Assembly (NCBI GenBank): GCA_951406725.2
Contig: OX597814.1
Span: 160,208,001-160,272,000, forward strand
DNA: 64,000 nt
Direction of reading: 5' to 3'
Source: Octopus vulgaris
Taxonomy: Eukaryota
The translations under genes and the position numbers were made by a program. Below, in pieces: positions 14,377 through 28,111 of this stretch (its first letter is position 1; each line of letters opens with the position of its first letter). Below the pieces are notes generated by a model. The model searched no databases, was not told the origin of the DNA, and saw nothing but the letters and a program-made list of their open reading frames with translations.

Positions 14377-14378
<2 letters not shown>
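14256..14378 (-). mobile_element. Probable SINE/LINE 3'-tail fragment inserted in (TA)n
   Basis: GC-richer 120-bp block with tandem tcaccgtga repeats at one end; recognised from memory as an octopus repeat tail. Confidence 0.4.
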
Positions 14379-14407
<29 letters not shown>

Positions 14408-14498
14408 TCATCATTCAATTGAACGCCACGCATCCATTTTTTATAAGTTTATATATATACATACATATATATATACATGCATATATATATACAAATAC

Positions 14499-14532
<34 letters not shown>

Positions 14533-14565
14533 ATGTATATATATATGTGTGAGTATTTATATATG

Positions 14566-14632
<67 letters not shown>

Positions 14633-14819
14633 CATAATTATATTAATTTTCATAAGGGCTAGCGCACGAAACTCTTGAGCCTTAAATCACTTTGCTGCTA
14701 CAGCTAAATACAATATATACATATGCATGAATTCTGAATTCTGTTTCATGTTTGCCCCTCCAAACCAGTGTATGTATATGTACATGCACACACACACACG
14801 TACATATATATATATACAT

Positions 14820-14861
<42 letters not shown>

Positions 14862-14885
14862 ACATATATACACACATATGTATGT

Positions 14886-14934
<49 letters not shown>

Positions 14935-15003
14935 TACATATGTATACATAATATAAATATATACATACATATGCTTACCTAAATATGCATTATTTACTTC
15001 GTT

Positions 15004-15043
<40 letters not shown>

Positions 15044-15179
15044 GTATATAAAATAAATAGTTCTCAGCTGGTTTCTACAATGAATAATCGTTCAATCAAG
15101 TGAATTTATTCGCTCTGTGAGTTTACGTGTAAGTACCTGAGAACTCCGCGGCCGCATGAGTTCGGCCGCCCCGCCCACC

Positions 15180-15340
15180 ACCGCTTGATAGCCGGTGTTA
15201 GTATGTTTACGTTCAATGACATAGCGGTCCAGTTCAAAAAAAAAAACTAATAGCAGTACTTGGGTCGATTCGTCCGACTATGATTCCTCAAGGCCGTGCC
15301 CTAGTATGGCTACAGTCTAATGACTGAAACAAGAAAAAGA
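15180..15340 (+). mobile_element. SINE family A 3' half (diverged)
   Basis: ccgcttgatagccggtgttagtatgtttacg..tatggctacagtctaatgactgaaacaag. Confidence 0.75.
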
Positions 15341-15628
15341 AAAATCAAATATTTATCCAGTCAGCATGATACGTCGTATAACGACGCCGGACGTTTGAAT
15401 TACAGGTACACCCTCACCCTTCAAGTCTTCTCACATAATTTTCATCTGCCCAGTTTCACCGATAAAGGCCTAGGTCGACCCAAGGTAATGATACAAGGTG
15501 CCACACATTAAGATCGAACCTACAACCTCATGAATGTGAAGCGGACCAACCCCTTAGTCATTCGAAGATATTCCATCAGTACATACTTGCATATCTGCGT
15601 GTGATTACATATATATATATATACATAT

Positions 15629-15659
<31 letters not shown>

Positions 15660-15768
15660 CCTATTCTCCAAGTGTACATATTTGTCTATCTATCTATCTT
15701 CATCGAATCATCCATCTATACATACATACATACAGTTACTATATATATATATGTGTTACAAATTACAA

Positions 15769-15800
<32 letters not shown>

Positions 15801-15825
15801 ATATTTGTACTTTACACACACACAC

Positions 15826-15890
<65 letters not shown>

Positions 15891-16136
15891 GATATGTTTA
15901 CAAATGTGTTTCGAGATTTGGGAGAAATTATTAAATTTTATACATTTGCTCTCTCTCTCTCTTCTTCCCTCCCTACCGCTCTATCTCTCTCCTGAAATGT
16001 TTGAAATGTTAATTAATAAGGCCGAGATTGTTATTGTAACAAATAAATAAATAAATCTTAATTAATGCGGAGATTAAAATTCTTTTTCACTTTTTTGTCT
16101 AAACACATACACACATACACACACACACATGCATAC

Positions 16137-16172
<36 letters not shown>

Positions 16173-18060
16173 CTGTGTGTACGTGTGTATGCGTGCCTGT
16201 GTGGGCGCGTGCTCGTGAGTGTATCTAAACAATTATTTTCCGCGAGGTAATCTGTGTTCCTAATTAAAAACAAAATTTTGGAAAATGATTTATTTGTCTT
16301 ATAAGAAAATTTTAGAAAGGAGAAAAGCGCCAAGAAGAAAATATATAAAGAAACAACAATGATAAAATGAAGATATTTTATTGAAGCATAGACAGACGAT
16401 TATCTCTGACAATTAAAAATATATTATTGATTGAGTTGGGATGGGATTTGGTTGGGAAGGAAGTATATCGTCAGATAAGAAAGGGGCAGTACCATGACCT
16501 TTTTGAGGTATACTGAGAGTAATGGGGGGGGGGGAAGGGAGTAGTTTGTCTTCGTACCAGAAAGCTTCTCTGAATCTCTACAACAAGAGAGAACTCTGCT
16601 GTCGTTACCCAAGGACCAGGTACTTAAGTTAAACTGGAAGAAGGATTAATGCGATCTCAAAAGAACAGGAACAGTCCTTTTGATGGACTGCCACACAGAT
16701 TCTACCAGTAGCGTAGATAGAGTGTATGCCGCTCCGACAACCCTTGATTTTGATGCTTCCAACAATGGGCCTCCAAGCCGAAGCAGTACACCCAAAAGTA
16801 CCGCCCCATAATAGCGTCGTCCGAAGAAGACCACCTTCCTATCCAGCTTCACAACTTGATTCTACTAACCAAGTTCGACTTACAAGATCTTAATAGACAA
16901 GTGGCTTTGGAAGTGCATTCATATTCAAGGAGTTACGCTGCTGCATTGGATCCGAAACCACGTAATCGTGAAAGCACGCTTTTGAACTTCACGGCCTTCT
17001 CTCTGCAATTATATATGGAAGACAATTATATATGGAAGACGGCAAACTTATTAATCAGACAACTATGCCTGCTCCAAATGAAGAACTGAGGTTCAAATAC
17101 TTTGATATGAATAAATTTTCACAAATTTGTTGTAGAGAAGGCGATTTAGCGAAGAAATTACGGGTCTCCATGTTTCACTTTATTGAGCGCTTGTTTCGGC
17201 TCACCTTATTGAGTACGTGTTTAAGCTACTACTTAAGACTTCTGAGGGACGTAAGTCCCTCAGAAGAACTGTGACAGAAACTGGGTTACTTTCAAAACTG
17301 CACTAAATGTATATAGCATGGATTTTTGGAGATGTACCTGTTCATTGTGATAGAGTTAATACGTTGTCCGTTTTAACACTGCCACACCACCACCACCATC
17401 ACCACTATTAGGTATCTAACCGGATCCGCATTTGAATGAGGACTTTGGTCATATCATCGAAGTCTCCTACTATTGTCTCAGGTTAACTCAAGAAAAATTA
17501 GTTAAACGGACACGAAACATATATCGATGATAGATTTCGTCTGTTACCCAATTTAAGATCACATTTTATTTATTTACTTTTATATATATTTATATACTTT
17601 TACTGAATGCTCACAACATTGTAGGTGAATTTGAGACTGTTAATGTTTCGGTTCTTTCGGAACCACAATGTTACATGTACTTGGACCATGTCTTCGTTTT
17701 AAGAATAAAACATATATCGTGGTTTCATCCGGCAATTCTTTCATCAATCTCAGAAATCTTTTAAAACGGTCATTTGACCATTCGCTTATTCGAAGTTATT
17801 AATATATAATTACTAAAAACTGATTATTTGGTTAAGAATGTAATGAGAGAAATGATATATACGAAATCAAGATTTCATTAAAAATTGTAAATGTGATTAA
17901 TTGAAAAAGTAATTTGAATTAATTACTAATTTTTATTTCCATTTGTATGCGAAGTACGAAATTTTTATGTGTTAATCTATATATGCATATACGTATGAAT
18001 TTATGCATTTTTAATGTATAGATGTGTGTGTATAACTGTATGTATCCACGTATATATAGT

Positions 18061-18098
<38 letters not shown>

Positions 18099-18197
18099 AT
18101 ATATATGCGTGCGCCATGCATCTTTGTGGGAGTATACACACGCACAAATACATACATACATACATACATACATACATACATACATACATACATACAT

Positions 18198-18261
<64 letters not shown>

Positions 18262-18269
18262 GCGTGTGT

Positions 18270-18472
18270 GTGTGTCTTTGTACTTGTCTTTGTGCTCCGC
18301 TACCTCTTGATAACCGGTGTGTTTACATCCCCGTAACTTAGCGGTTCGGCAAAAGGGACCAATAGAACTGCCAGTCTTAAGAAAAATAAGTACTGGGGCC
18401 GATTCGTACGACTACAGTTCTTCAAGTTGGTGCTCCAGCATGGCAGCAGTCTTATAACTGAAACAAGTAAAG
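18270..18472 (+). mobile_element. SINE family A 3' half
   Basis: ccggtgtgtttacatccccgtaacttagcggttcggcaaaag..ggtgctccagcatggcagcagtc..tgaaacaagtaaa. Confidence 0.85.
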
Positions 18473-18767
18473 ATAGCGGATAAAAGGCGTATCATATGTA
18501 GGCATGTCTGTGCACACGTCTTAACGTTTATACATAAAAATATATTCAACATGGAAAATTCAGTATTATTTTCCAAAGTTGACAAGGTAATTTTGTTGTG
18601 TCTAGGGAGAGTCATTACAGCAACATCAATAGCACGCACATTGTGCGTGTGTTATTGATATTGGCGTAACAACCCTCCCCAGGCACATGGAGATGTGTTT
18701 CAACATACGAATTCACATAGAGAATTTTGCACACTTAATACGAAAAAGAAGTTGACAATGTAACATA

Positions 18768-18988
18768 TTCGAGAGGCTGCTGAAAACTTCCTGGCTTTGG
18801 GTAAAAGAAAATACAGGAAGATCAGTTAATTATGATTTTATTCAACATATTCCCCTCTCAAATTCCTACACTTATTGCAGTGGTCCTTCAGTTTTTCTAA
18901 GCCCTGTAAAAGAACTCGGAAAGCTGAGCCTCCAACTGAGCCTTTCGCTACACCCTTAAAACCACGAACTTTTCAGTACCTCCTCGTA
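18768..18988 (-). mobile_element. Mariner-derived MITE (~220 bp)
   Basis: TIRs cgagaggctgctgaaaacttcctgg / ccacgaacttttcagtacctcctcg-TA; the minus strand retains ttgagaggggaatatgttgaataa (LRGEYVE*, mariner transposase C-terminus); second copy at 33961-34176. Confidence 0.8.
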
Positions 18989-19675
18989 TAAGGTTTTGTT
19001 ATTTATTAAAAAAACAAAACCTTTAAAAATTGTCAGTGAAGTACAGAACTGAAACCTTTTACTTCTTTTTATACATTTAGATTTTAGTTCTGGTCGTTGT
19101 CCACATTGTGCTTCAGTAGGTACATGATTTAAAGCACTCCATTCATGACACTCCAATCTTTTTGTATGTCAACGACTACATTGTCTCCGCTGTATTCCTA
19201 TTTATTTTAGATGGTATTTTGGATGACTTTAGAAGAACGCTTCACAAGTCGGGCAATTTTATAGTCCCCCGGCATTGACTCTTTAAAAGATTATTGCTTA
19301 ATGAATAAATTAATCATACATGCGATCCATTTTTAAAAATTAGTTTTGTTTTTGTCAACATGTATTATGAAGGGAGTATAGAAAAATTATTTGAAAAATT
19401 ACTGGCGGGTCAAAAAAAAATTGTCTCTTATCGCCTACTATTTATTTCGACAGTGAGAGATAATTCTGGATATGCTTCGATGTTATTCTAACTTCAACAG
19501 CTACCGGTATGTTGTGATGCGAGAATCACTAAGTACGTGTTTAACATTTTTATGTGACGAATACCTTTACCACAAGCCCACGTGCCTAAACACATACTTG
19601 CATACACGTAGACACATAGGTAGACTGACAGACAGACAGATAAATAGATAAATAGATAGATAGATAAATAGAGAC

Positions 19676-19736
<61 letters not shown>

Positions 19737-19739
19737 TGT

Positions 19740-19970
19740 TGTGGTTGTTGTTTAGCCCAAGGTCATTTCTTATCCCGCAGACCTATGTTCAAAGGTGTTG
19801 CAGTTGTGACCTACCTGTCTTTTACCGCAAGTAGAGTACAACCGAGGATTACATTATCCGAAGTGTTGTTGTTCCGTTTCTAAGACGATAGTGAGTAGAC
19901 CAAAGGAGATTTGGTAGCTATTTCTACTAAATCAACCATTCATGTAGAGGTCCCTTGTTGACTCAGCCAA
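19740..19970 (-). mobile_element. Dispersed repeat with the core ctgctagaaatagcagccaaatctccctcaaa
   Basis: Related fragments at ~10810-10950, 20195-20250, 36160-36195, 47570-47720 and 61480-61550. Confidence 0.5.
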
Positions 19971-21974
19971 TAAACAGCTAGCAACAGTAGTAGTAGTAGC
20001 AGCAGCAGCATCAGAGGTGGCAGTAATTACTGAGAAATCCATGAGGTTTTGTTTCTCTCGAGAGAGAGACAAGGATTTCAACGTCCAGAATTCTTTTCCT
20101 CGTAATCAAGGATGAATATCCAACGATAATAGCAAATGCATATTGAATGCATATTAATAACTGATAAGAAAAATATCATGTGGATAGACCTGTGTGGTTG
20201 CTCCTAGATCTGCTAGAATTAACAACCAAATTTTTCTCAAAATACACTTAACCATCATAGTCAAGAAACTTTTGTTGTTTCATGATATTTACATGACTTG
20301 AGAAAATAAATTTGGCAAAACATGGAATTGTAACCATATAAATAAAGAAAAGAAAGCGGGACTGATTTTGATAATAAAACGATGCCATAAACTCACTCAA
20401 TTTTGATAGGACACAGCTGATTAAACCTACCTCACTAAAGGACTGCTACTCGTTTTATTATTCCTGGGATGTTTAGAAATGTAAATTTAACTTCTGTGGG
20501 ATTTGAACTCAGAACAAATCCAACAAGTCTTTCTGTCCGTCATTCTGTTATTTCTGTCACACTACTATCATCAAGAAATAAAGATTTTTAATTTCGATAT
20601 AAGGTCACATATTTGGACGGAAACAGCCGATTATATCGAATACAGAATATGAAATGCAAATTTGATATCGACGAGATTTGAAATCAGGACATAAAGAACC
20701 GGAAATAAATATTGCAAAGCATTTTATCCGACACTCTAGCGGTACTTCCAATCGAACGCGCTCGCTACAAAATTATAAGATTTTACCGGGAGGGTACAGA
20801 GACAGAAGATTGGAGGTAATGTGATAAATAAACTTGCTACCTTCTGCTTCACGTTGTATATCGTAGACATCAATTTGGGCAGATTTGGATTCACATAAGT
20901 ATTTGGATGAATGAATTGAAAACGGGAAGCTTAGATTCTCGTAGGAGTGATATATGTATTGGCAGTCATATTGTAATATAATGTGCTGGGGTTAGTTAAT
21001 ATTATATGTATTGATGGAAACATAAAGGATAAGGTTTAATATTAGGAGAAATTTATTCATGTTTAGCAAGATGCCTTTAGTGGATTGAGTTTGCTACTAC
21101 ACAAGAGTAAAATATTAATTAGTAAGCATAAACTTTGAAAAATCAGGATTGAAAGAATGTGAAGAAGAGATCGCCTTCTTAGAATCAACGGTATTGATTG
21201 CGTGACATTTTGATAAGTACTCTGTTGATATACAGAGCAATCGGAACAAAGTCAGTCGACCATTTCATGAATTTGGCTGCTCAGGAGATTTCAATGGCAT
21301 TTGTAAAATAAATAACCAAATAACTAAATAAATGAATGAATAAATAAATAAATAAAGTTCATATGCCAAAGTTGATTATTATTTTTTAAGGTCTTTTTTT
21401 TTTTCTGTTCATTTCCATTTGTTATCTATTATCAAGCGTGGTTATTTTGCAAAGAGTCAACGAATAAGATGTTGACTGTTTCGAAACGAATGTAAATAGG
21501 TGTGAATGGCTGATGTGTTTCACTGGAAGATATTTGGATACCATAAATAGTGGAAATATCGATCGGTTTCAGTTGGAGGTATTTTCTGTTGAGTATTTTT
21601 CTCCGTTCATATATTCACTATAAAACAGGCATTGAAACAGTCTGCCATGGTACTGCAGGACTGCAGGCGTTGAGCTTGAAACTGATGATATTGATACCAA
21701 TATTACTGTTGCAGTTGCAGCTGCTGTCACTGCTGCTGCTGCTGCTATTGCTACTGCTGTCGCTGCTGCTGTTGTTGCTTTTACCAACACCAACACCAAC
21801 GCCATAGTCATTATCGCCCATAATATTTTCTAGCACAGGCACAAGATCACACGTTTGGCGATAGGGATTAATCAATTTTATCGACCCCAGTACTTATTTA
21901 TTCAACACCTGAAGGATGATAGGGGAAGTCGACCTTGGTAGTTAAGATTTCTGCATGAACATTGGAAACAACTT

Positions 21975-22160
21975 TTTTATACTACTTTCAGTTAATGCAC
22001 TGCGGCCACGCTGGAGCACCGTCTTAAGAGGTCTTTTCAGTCGATCACATCAATCACAGAACTTATATAAGTCGGAAATTTATTTCATCGAAATCCTTTT
22101 GTTGCGATAATTACTTCGTTTTTTTTTTTATATAAAGAGATGAAACTCGACACCGGTTTA
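21975..22160 (-). mobile_element. SINE family A 3' half (diverged)
   Basis: ttttcagttaatgcactgcggccacgctggagcaccgtctt. Confidence 0.7.
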
Positions 22161-22190
22161 CTTCACCCGTAAACATAATCACAATTTGGT

Positions 22191-22243
<53 letters not shown>

Positions 22244-22268
22244 AGAGAGAGAGAGAGAGAGAGAGAGG

Positions 22269-22328
<60 letters not shown>

Positions 22329-22611
22329 CAGACAGACATACGGACAGACAGACAGACAGACAGACGTACGTACGGACGGACGGAAGGATGGATGGATGGA
22401 TGGATGGATGGATGGATGGATGGATGGAGAGAGTTTAAAGAAAATACACACACAGACGAGACTCAGAAGATTATGACGTGATGGGGAGACAAACAAATAA
22501 ATGATATATCAAGACATGTAAAACACTTGATGAGAAAGCTTAGAAATATCAAATAAGAGTCAAATATGTGCAATGAAAGTATCTGTGCATATATGAAAGT
22601 ATGTATGTGTG

Positions 22612-22662
<51 letters not shown>

Positions 22663-22666
22663 AATA

Positions 22667-23893
22667 TTTTATCTTTTACTGGTCTCAGCCCAGGGCTGAG
22701 GTCATGCTGATGCACCACCTGTAGTTACTCGGTGCTGTTTCCGATATTGTTTATGGTGAAGTAGTGAATTGGACGGAGCTGCTTTCCTTTGAGTCCCCTG
22801 CCGCGATGTGGGTTCATCTGCTATCTCACATAGAAACCTGTCCAGTCGTTCCTTGAAAACTTCCACATCAATACCATGTAGATCTCAAAGGTTGTCTGGA
22901 AGGATATTGAACAATTGCGGGCCCTTATTTTAGATGGGGAAGACAGGATCTTTGGTATGATTCAGTGCCGTCCAATTCGAGGATTGGTATAGCTGTCAAT
23001 TCTAAAACTGGGAGCTAAATTCTCCAAGATCTTCCAAATATATATCACCGCGTATCTCTCTTGCCTTCCTTCCAGAGAATAGAGACTCAGCTCCTTTAGT
23101 CTCTTCCAGTAGCCCATCTTTTGCATCGAGTCAATCTTCTTTGTGTATTGGCGCTGGATTGCTTCGAGTTCCATAGTTTGTTTCACACTCTCTGGGGACC
23201 ATAGTTGGGAGCAATAGTCCCAGCGGCTGATAATGAAAGTCTTCCATTGGAATAGCAAGGCTTCCCTTTTCCTGTTTCTAAATGTCCTCAGAATCCAGTC
23301 AGGCACTCACCTGTACAGTGTTGCCATCTTGGTAATATGCATATGGAATGTTGCATCATTGCTCAGGTGAACCCCTAAGTCACGCACCAACTCTGACTCT
23401 GTGATCATATTTCTTATGAGGTCCAGTGTATTCCGATTTTAGCCTGGAATTGGACCGATAGTGGAGTGCCTGAAATTTCATAGCATTGAACTGCATGTTA
23501 TTTTTGTTAGCCCATTTGTAGCTTTCGTTCAGGTATTTCTGTAGTGTTACGCTGTCTGCTGGATTCCTAACTGCCTGCGATAATCTTGTGTCGTCAGCAT
23601 AACTGGCCAGATTGGCTGATGTACCGCGAGGGGCATGTCTGAGAGGGCCACCACAAATAGTAGTGGCCTGTGGGGCTCCACTGAGAATTGGTTCTTTTCA
23701 TAGTGAGCACCATTGGCTGCAACTGTCTGACTCCCGCCCTTCAGAAAATCATGCAGCCACTCTCCTAGTTTCCCGGTAATACCAAGGTTTCGCAGTTTGT
23801 GACATATCATGCCATGATCAACCTTGTCGAAGGCCTTGGCAAACTCGAAGTATATCACATCTACAGTTTTGATATTTCTAAGCTTTCTCATCA
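22667..23893 (-). mobile_element. 5'-truncated CR1-like LINE; decayed ORF2 reverse transcriptase with intact 3' end
   Basis: Minus-strand frames give VDVIYFEFAKAFDKVDHGMICHKL, YADDT (23587-23601), NMQFN, VRDLGV, WDYCSQLWSP, LYSLE..ERY, GPQLFNILP; frameshifts and stops present. Confidence 0.9.
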
Positions 23894-23908
23894 CGTATAT
23901 CACCTCTA

Positions 23909-23951
<43 letters not shown>

Positions 23952-23989
23952 CACATACATACATACATACATACATATACATATATAGA

Positions 23990-24152
23990 TACCCTTTTTT
24001 CTCTCCTTGTTTTTTTCTGTGTCCCTTTCTGTAGAAGAGCGTAGGCTCGAAACGTAAAAGACTTTTTCTATTCCTGAGCGTTATATTAATACATCTGTTT
24101 GTTTAGTACACCACCTGTCTTCGTCTTTTTTTTTTTCGTAAATCTCCCTATA
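23990..24152 (+). mobile_element. Short Penelope-like terminal fragment in a (TA)n context
   Basis: Contains the minimal hammerhead-like motif at 24025-24060. Confidence 0.55.
24025..24060 (+). ncRNA. Candidate minimal type-I hammerhead ribozyme with an A6U core variant
   Basis: CUUU-CUGUAGA-A-GAGC-GUAG-GCUC-GAAA-CG-U-A-AAAG: 4-bp stem I, 4-bp stem II with tetraloop, minimal stem III. Confidence 0.5.
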
Positions 24153-24169
24153 TATACACTTACATACAC

Positions 24170-24250
<81 letters not shown>

Positions 24251-25009
24251 ACACACACACGCTCACACATATACACACATACATATATATCTGTGTGTGC
24301 GTATTGACATGTACTGAGCACAATCCCCTTCCGATTGGTCTAATTTGATGTATAATACTACTAAATATTCGATAAACAGTTAAGAATGAGTTTAGGGTAG
24401 ATATGGAACAGTGTTAAACAACTGAGAAAATCTCTTAAAACAAGTATATGTGAAGATATCGATTTATCAGCTCTGTAAATAAAACTGGCGACTTATCTTG
24501 TGGACCAGCCTGAACGGAAAAAGGCAACTGTACCTCACTGCCACAATGCACTTTTTGATGGTTCACACTTCTGAATGAAATGGGATAAGAATTCGGACGA
24601 AATAAACGAAAAGTAAGATCTCTATATGTAAGTATTTACCTATGGTATGTTCACGACCATCAGTCGCAATCGAAGATGACTTGGTAGCGTATACCATGCT
24701 TTCGCTAATTCTTTTAGGTGCCTATGTAGTAACGAGAAGTCATACGCTCCTTTCCGGTCCTCCCTCTTTGACCCTGCGAAATATCAAAGACGTGACAGCT
24801 ACAGAGAGCAAAAACTGCATCAGCACTGGATTCCCGCTATTTATGCATCTCGAAAGGATGAAACGCAAAATTGACCTCGACAGACTATGATCTCAGAGCG
24901 CAGGGATCAGGAAGAAGCATTGGCTCCAGTACTGGAGTTGATGGCATCAATTAATCCCTCTCTTCCAAAAACCTCAGGTCTTGCACCCATGCAAGAAAGA
25001 ATTAAGTGT

Positions 25010-25205
25010 AGTGGAAGAGCAGAAGCGTTAGGGTATCGGACAAAATACTTAGTGGCATTTCTTCCGTCCCCTCATGTTCTGAGTTCAAATACTGCCAAGG
25101 TCAGTTATCCCTTACGTCATTTCGAGGTTGATAAAATAAACTAACAGTCGAATAATCAGATGACCCATACCCCTAAAATGACTGGCCTTTTGCCAAAATT
25201 TTAAA
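25010..25205 (+). mobile_element. SINE family B (diverged)
   Basis: gttctgagttcaaatactgccaaggtc..gataaaataa matches the reverse complement of 39461-39710. Confidence 0.7.
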
Positions 25206-25213
25206 GACTTAAC

Positions 25214-25276
<63 letters not shown>

Positions 25277-25462
25277 GAGTGAGTGAGTGAGAGAGCAGTG
25301 CATGCCATCAAAGTGACAATGGGGTAAAATATACAAAGCCCAGTATACCAATCATGACTAACCGTCTGATAAGGGTACACCAGGCACATGCAAAACAACC
25401 ATATGTGCGCGACATGGTGATCTCATGTCAAGATAAACAACGCATGACCTTGCAGATAGGGC
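25277..25462 (-). mobile_element. 3' part of the (TAA)n-tailed non-coding retro-like element
   Basis: Reverse complement matches ~50470-50647; followed on the minus strand by (AAT)n at 25216-25276. Confidence 0.85.
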
Positions 25463-25612
25463 TGGACCAGAATCTCTGGGCCTGCCGGGTGCAACACTGT
25501 CACCATCAATGGCTCCAGTTTCATTACCACTGTCATTCACAATATTTTGTATACTCATTGTCACTCATATGATTATCAGGTTGCGCAATTACCAGTGTTT
25601 TTATTGTGACAC

Positions 25613-25661
<49 letters not shown>

Positions 25662-25663
<2 letters not shown>

Positions 25664-26292
25664 GCTTACTCTAGTGCACGCTAGTTTAGTTAGCAAGTAT
25701 TTTATCCTCATATCTCAAGAATCTTTCTTAGCATTCTTGCAGAATATAGGATGGTGCTTTTATGCAAGTTGACAATGCGAGTTTCAATTCTAATTTCTTT
25801 CAGTCAATTTGGTTGTGCCAATTGCACCTATTACTATAGGAATAATTGCTGTCTCGGCCTTCCACAGTCTCCTCAGTTCTCTGGCTAGGTCTTGATATTT
25901 CTCAAACTTTCCATTTCTTTGGTACCGACTCTGTTACCATAGGGAATTGCAAAGTCTATGGTTGTACATTGTTTGTTTGCTTTGTCTTCTATAATCATGT
26001 CTAGTCTTTTTCCTTCAATAGTATGGTCAGTCTTTATAGCAAAGTCTCACATAGTCTCGTAATTGTCATTTTCTACCACAGCCTGTGGTTCATGTTCATA
26101 CCAATATTCTGTTGTTTTGAAACCACATACACGATTAACATCACAATGTACTTTTTTGCCAACACAGTCATGTCTGCGCTCGTATTCCTTTTGTGCTAGT
26201 ATACCGCACTCACTCACCATGTGATTGATACTCTCGTCCCGTTTCTTGCAAATTCCACATTTGCTGTCTGACTTAATTTTGTCGATCAGATT
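25662..26292 (-). mobile_element. 5'-truncated R4/Dong-like non-LTR retrotransposon (CCHC knuckle plus restriction-like endonuclease)
   Basis: Minus strand: SKCGICKKRDESINHMVSECGILAQKEYERRHD..WYEHEPQAVVEND..DFAIKTDHTIEGKRLDMII..IDFAIP..KYQDLARELRRLW..IIPIVIGAIG; flanked by (TAA)n-type arrays. Confidence 0.85.
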
Positions 26293-26311
26293 GATCATCA
26301 TCATCATTATT

Positions 26312-26349
<38 letters not shown>

Positions 26350-26375
26350 TATTATTATTGTTGTTGTTGCTGTTG

Positions 26376-26442
<67 letters not shown>

Positions 26443-26624
26443 CATTATTATTATTATTGCTACTGTTATCGTTGTTGTTGTTTTTTTATAATAATGATTT
26501 CTTTTAATGACACGTGTGTCTGAGATGGAGACATTACAAATAAGTATTACAAATTACCTTAAACGTAAAGGAAAACGATAAATGGAAACAAACAAATACA
26601 TACATACATACATACATACATACA

Positions 26625-26655
<31 letters not shown>

Positions 26656-27319
26656 GTATATATATGTATATATATGTATATGTATATATATAGAGAGTAT
26701 GTAAATTTGGATATCGACGAATCCCTTACCAAAAATCTCGACAGATGCAACGAATCAATCTTATTACAATATGTCATTGGAAATGAACGTGAGGGATGAA
26801 CATCTTTTCATTGGAAATTTTCTATATAGCTAAATAAATAAATGATAAATGAAAAATGAAAATGATAATATTTCAACATTTGCTGATTTATAAAATTTGC
26901 AAAAATTTGAAAATCGATGCAAGTTTCTGGTCCTGTGCCAATGTTAGAAATTGTTTTGTAGGAATGGCCGTGTGGTTAAGAAGTTTGCTTAACAATTATA
27001 TAATTCTGAGGTAGTTTCCACTACGCAGCACTTTGATGATAAGTGACCTTAACTAAGTGCATCTTGATGCCTGATCGCAATAGATTATCAGAGGAGTACT
27101 TTATTCATGCATACATACACCTACACATACATACATACACACATATAACACACACATATACATACACAGATACATACATACATGATACATACATAATACA
27201 TACATGCATAATACATACATACAAAATACATGTATACATACATAATGCAAACATACATACATGCATACATGCATTCATACATACATACATGCATTCATAC
27301 ATACATACATGACGGGTGT

Positions 27320-27768
27320 CTACTCGTTAGATGAGTTTAACCATTTCTGACAGGTATCAGCTACGCTAGTGCAAGGGTCTTCAGTCGAGTCTGGCTTGCG
27401 CAACACGGCGACGACTCTCACTAGCAATGTCAAGAAACCGAGAGACAAGCGAAGTGCAAGATATCCGATTCAGTAAAGCAGCGGGTCTTATATATGAGTT
27501 GGTCTTCTCCTTGAGTGATGCCTTGACAAAGACCAGTGGTCTTTCCCTCCCAGTGGGTCTACTACGCCCTCGGACACCAACCCGAGTATCTCTACGTCCC
27601 GTCGCTCTTATGCTAGTTAACACATTGCTGAGACCTTGACAGGGCCTACTACTCCGAGTCAGATCTTGGAACAATAGTGACTAAGAGATGGTTCTACACC
27701 CTCAAAACCCTGGAACTTCTGAATCAGAGTTCCACTACTGGATGCAGTTTAAAGTCATATCCAGGAGA
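27320..27768. mobile_element. RTE-associated non-coding fragment(s)
   Basis: GC-richer block ending ctactactccgagtcag..ctggatgcagtttaaagtcatatccagga, resembling mollusc RTE/SINE ends from memory; followed by (TACA)n. Confidence 0.4.
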
Positions 27769-27847
27769 TACATACATACATATATACATACATACATACA
27801 TACATACATACATACATACATACATACATACATACATACACTTTATC

Positions 27848-28047
27848 ATTTACTTGTTTCAGTCATTAGATTGCGTTATACTGAGAGATCCACTGGAAGA
27901 GTTTGTGTCGAAAGAATCATCTCCAGTGCTTATTTTTAAGTCTTCATGCCTATTCTTTCATCTCTTTTGCCGAATCGATAAGTTACAAGGCGAAAACAAA
28001 CCAACACCGGTTGTCAACCAGTGATGGGGGATAAATACAAGTACAAA

Positions 28048-28111
<64 letters not shown>

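Noticed and set aside
16620-16860. GC-richer block with short ORFs on both strands
   Set aside because: No recognisable domain or splice signals; may be an old retroelement fragment.
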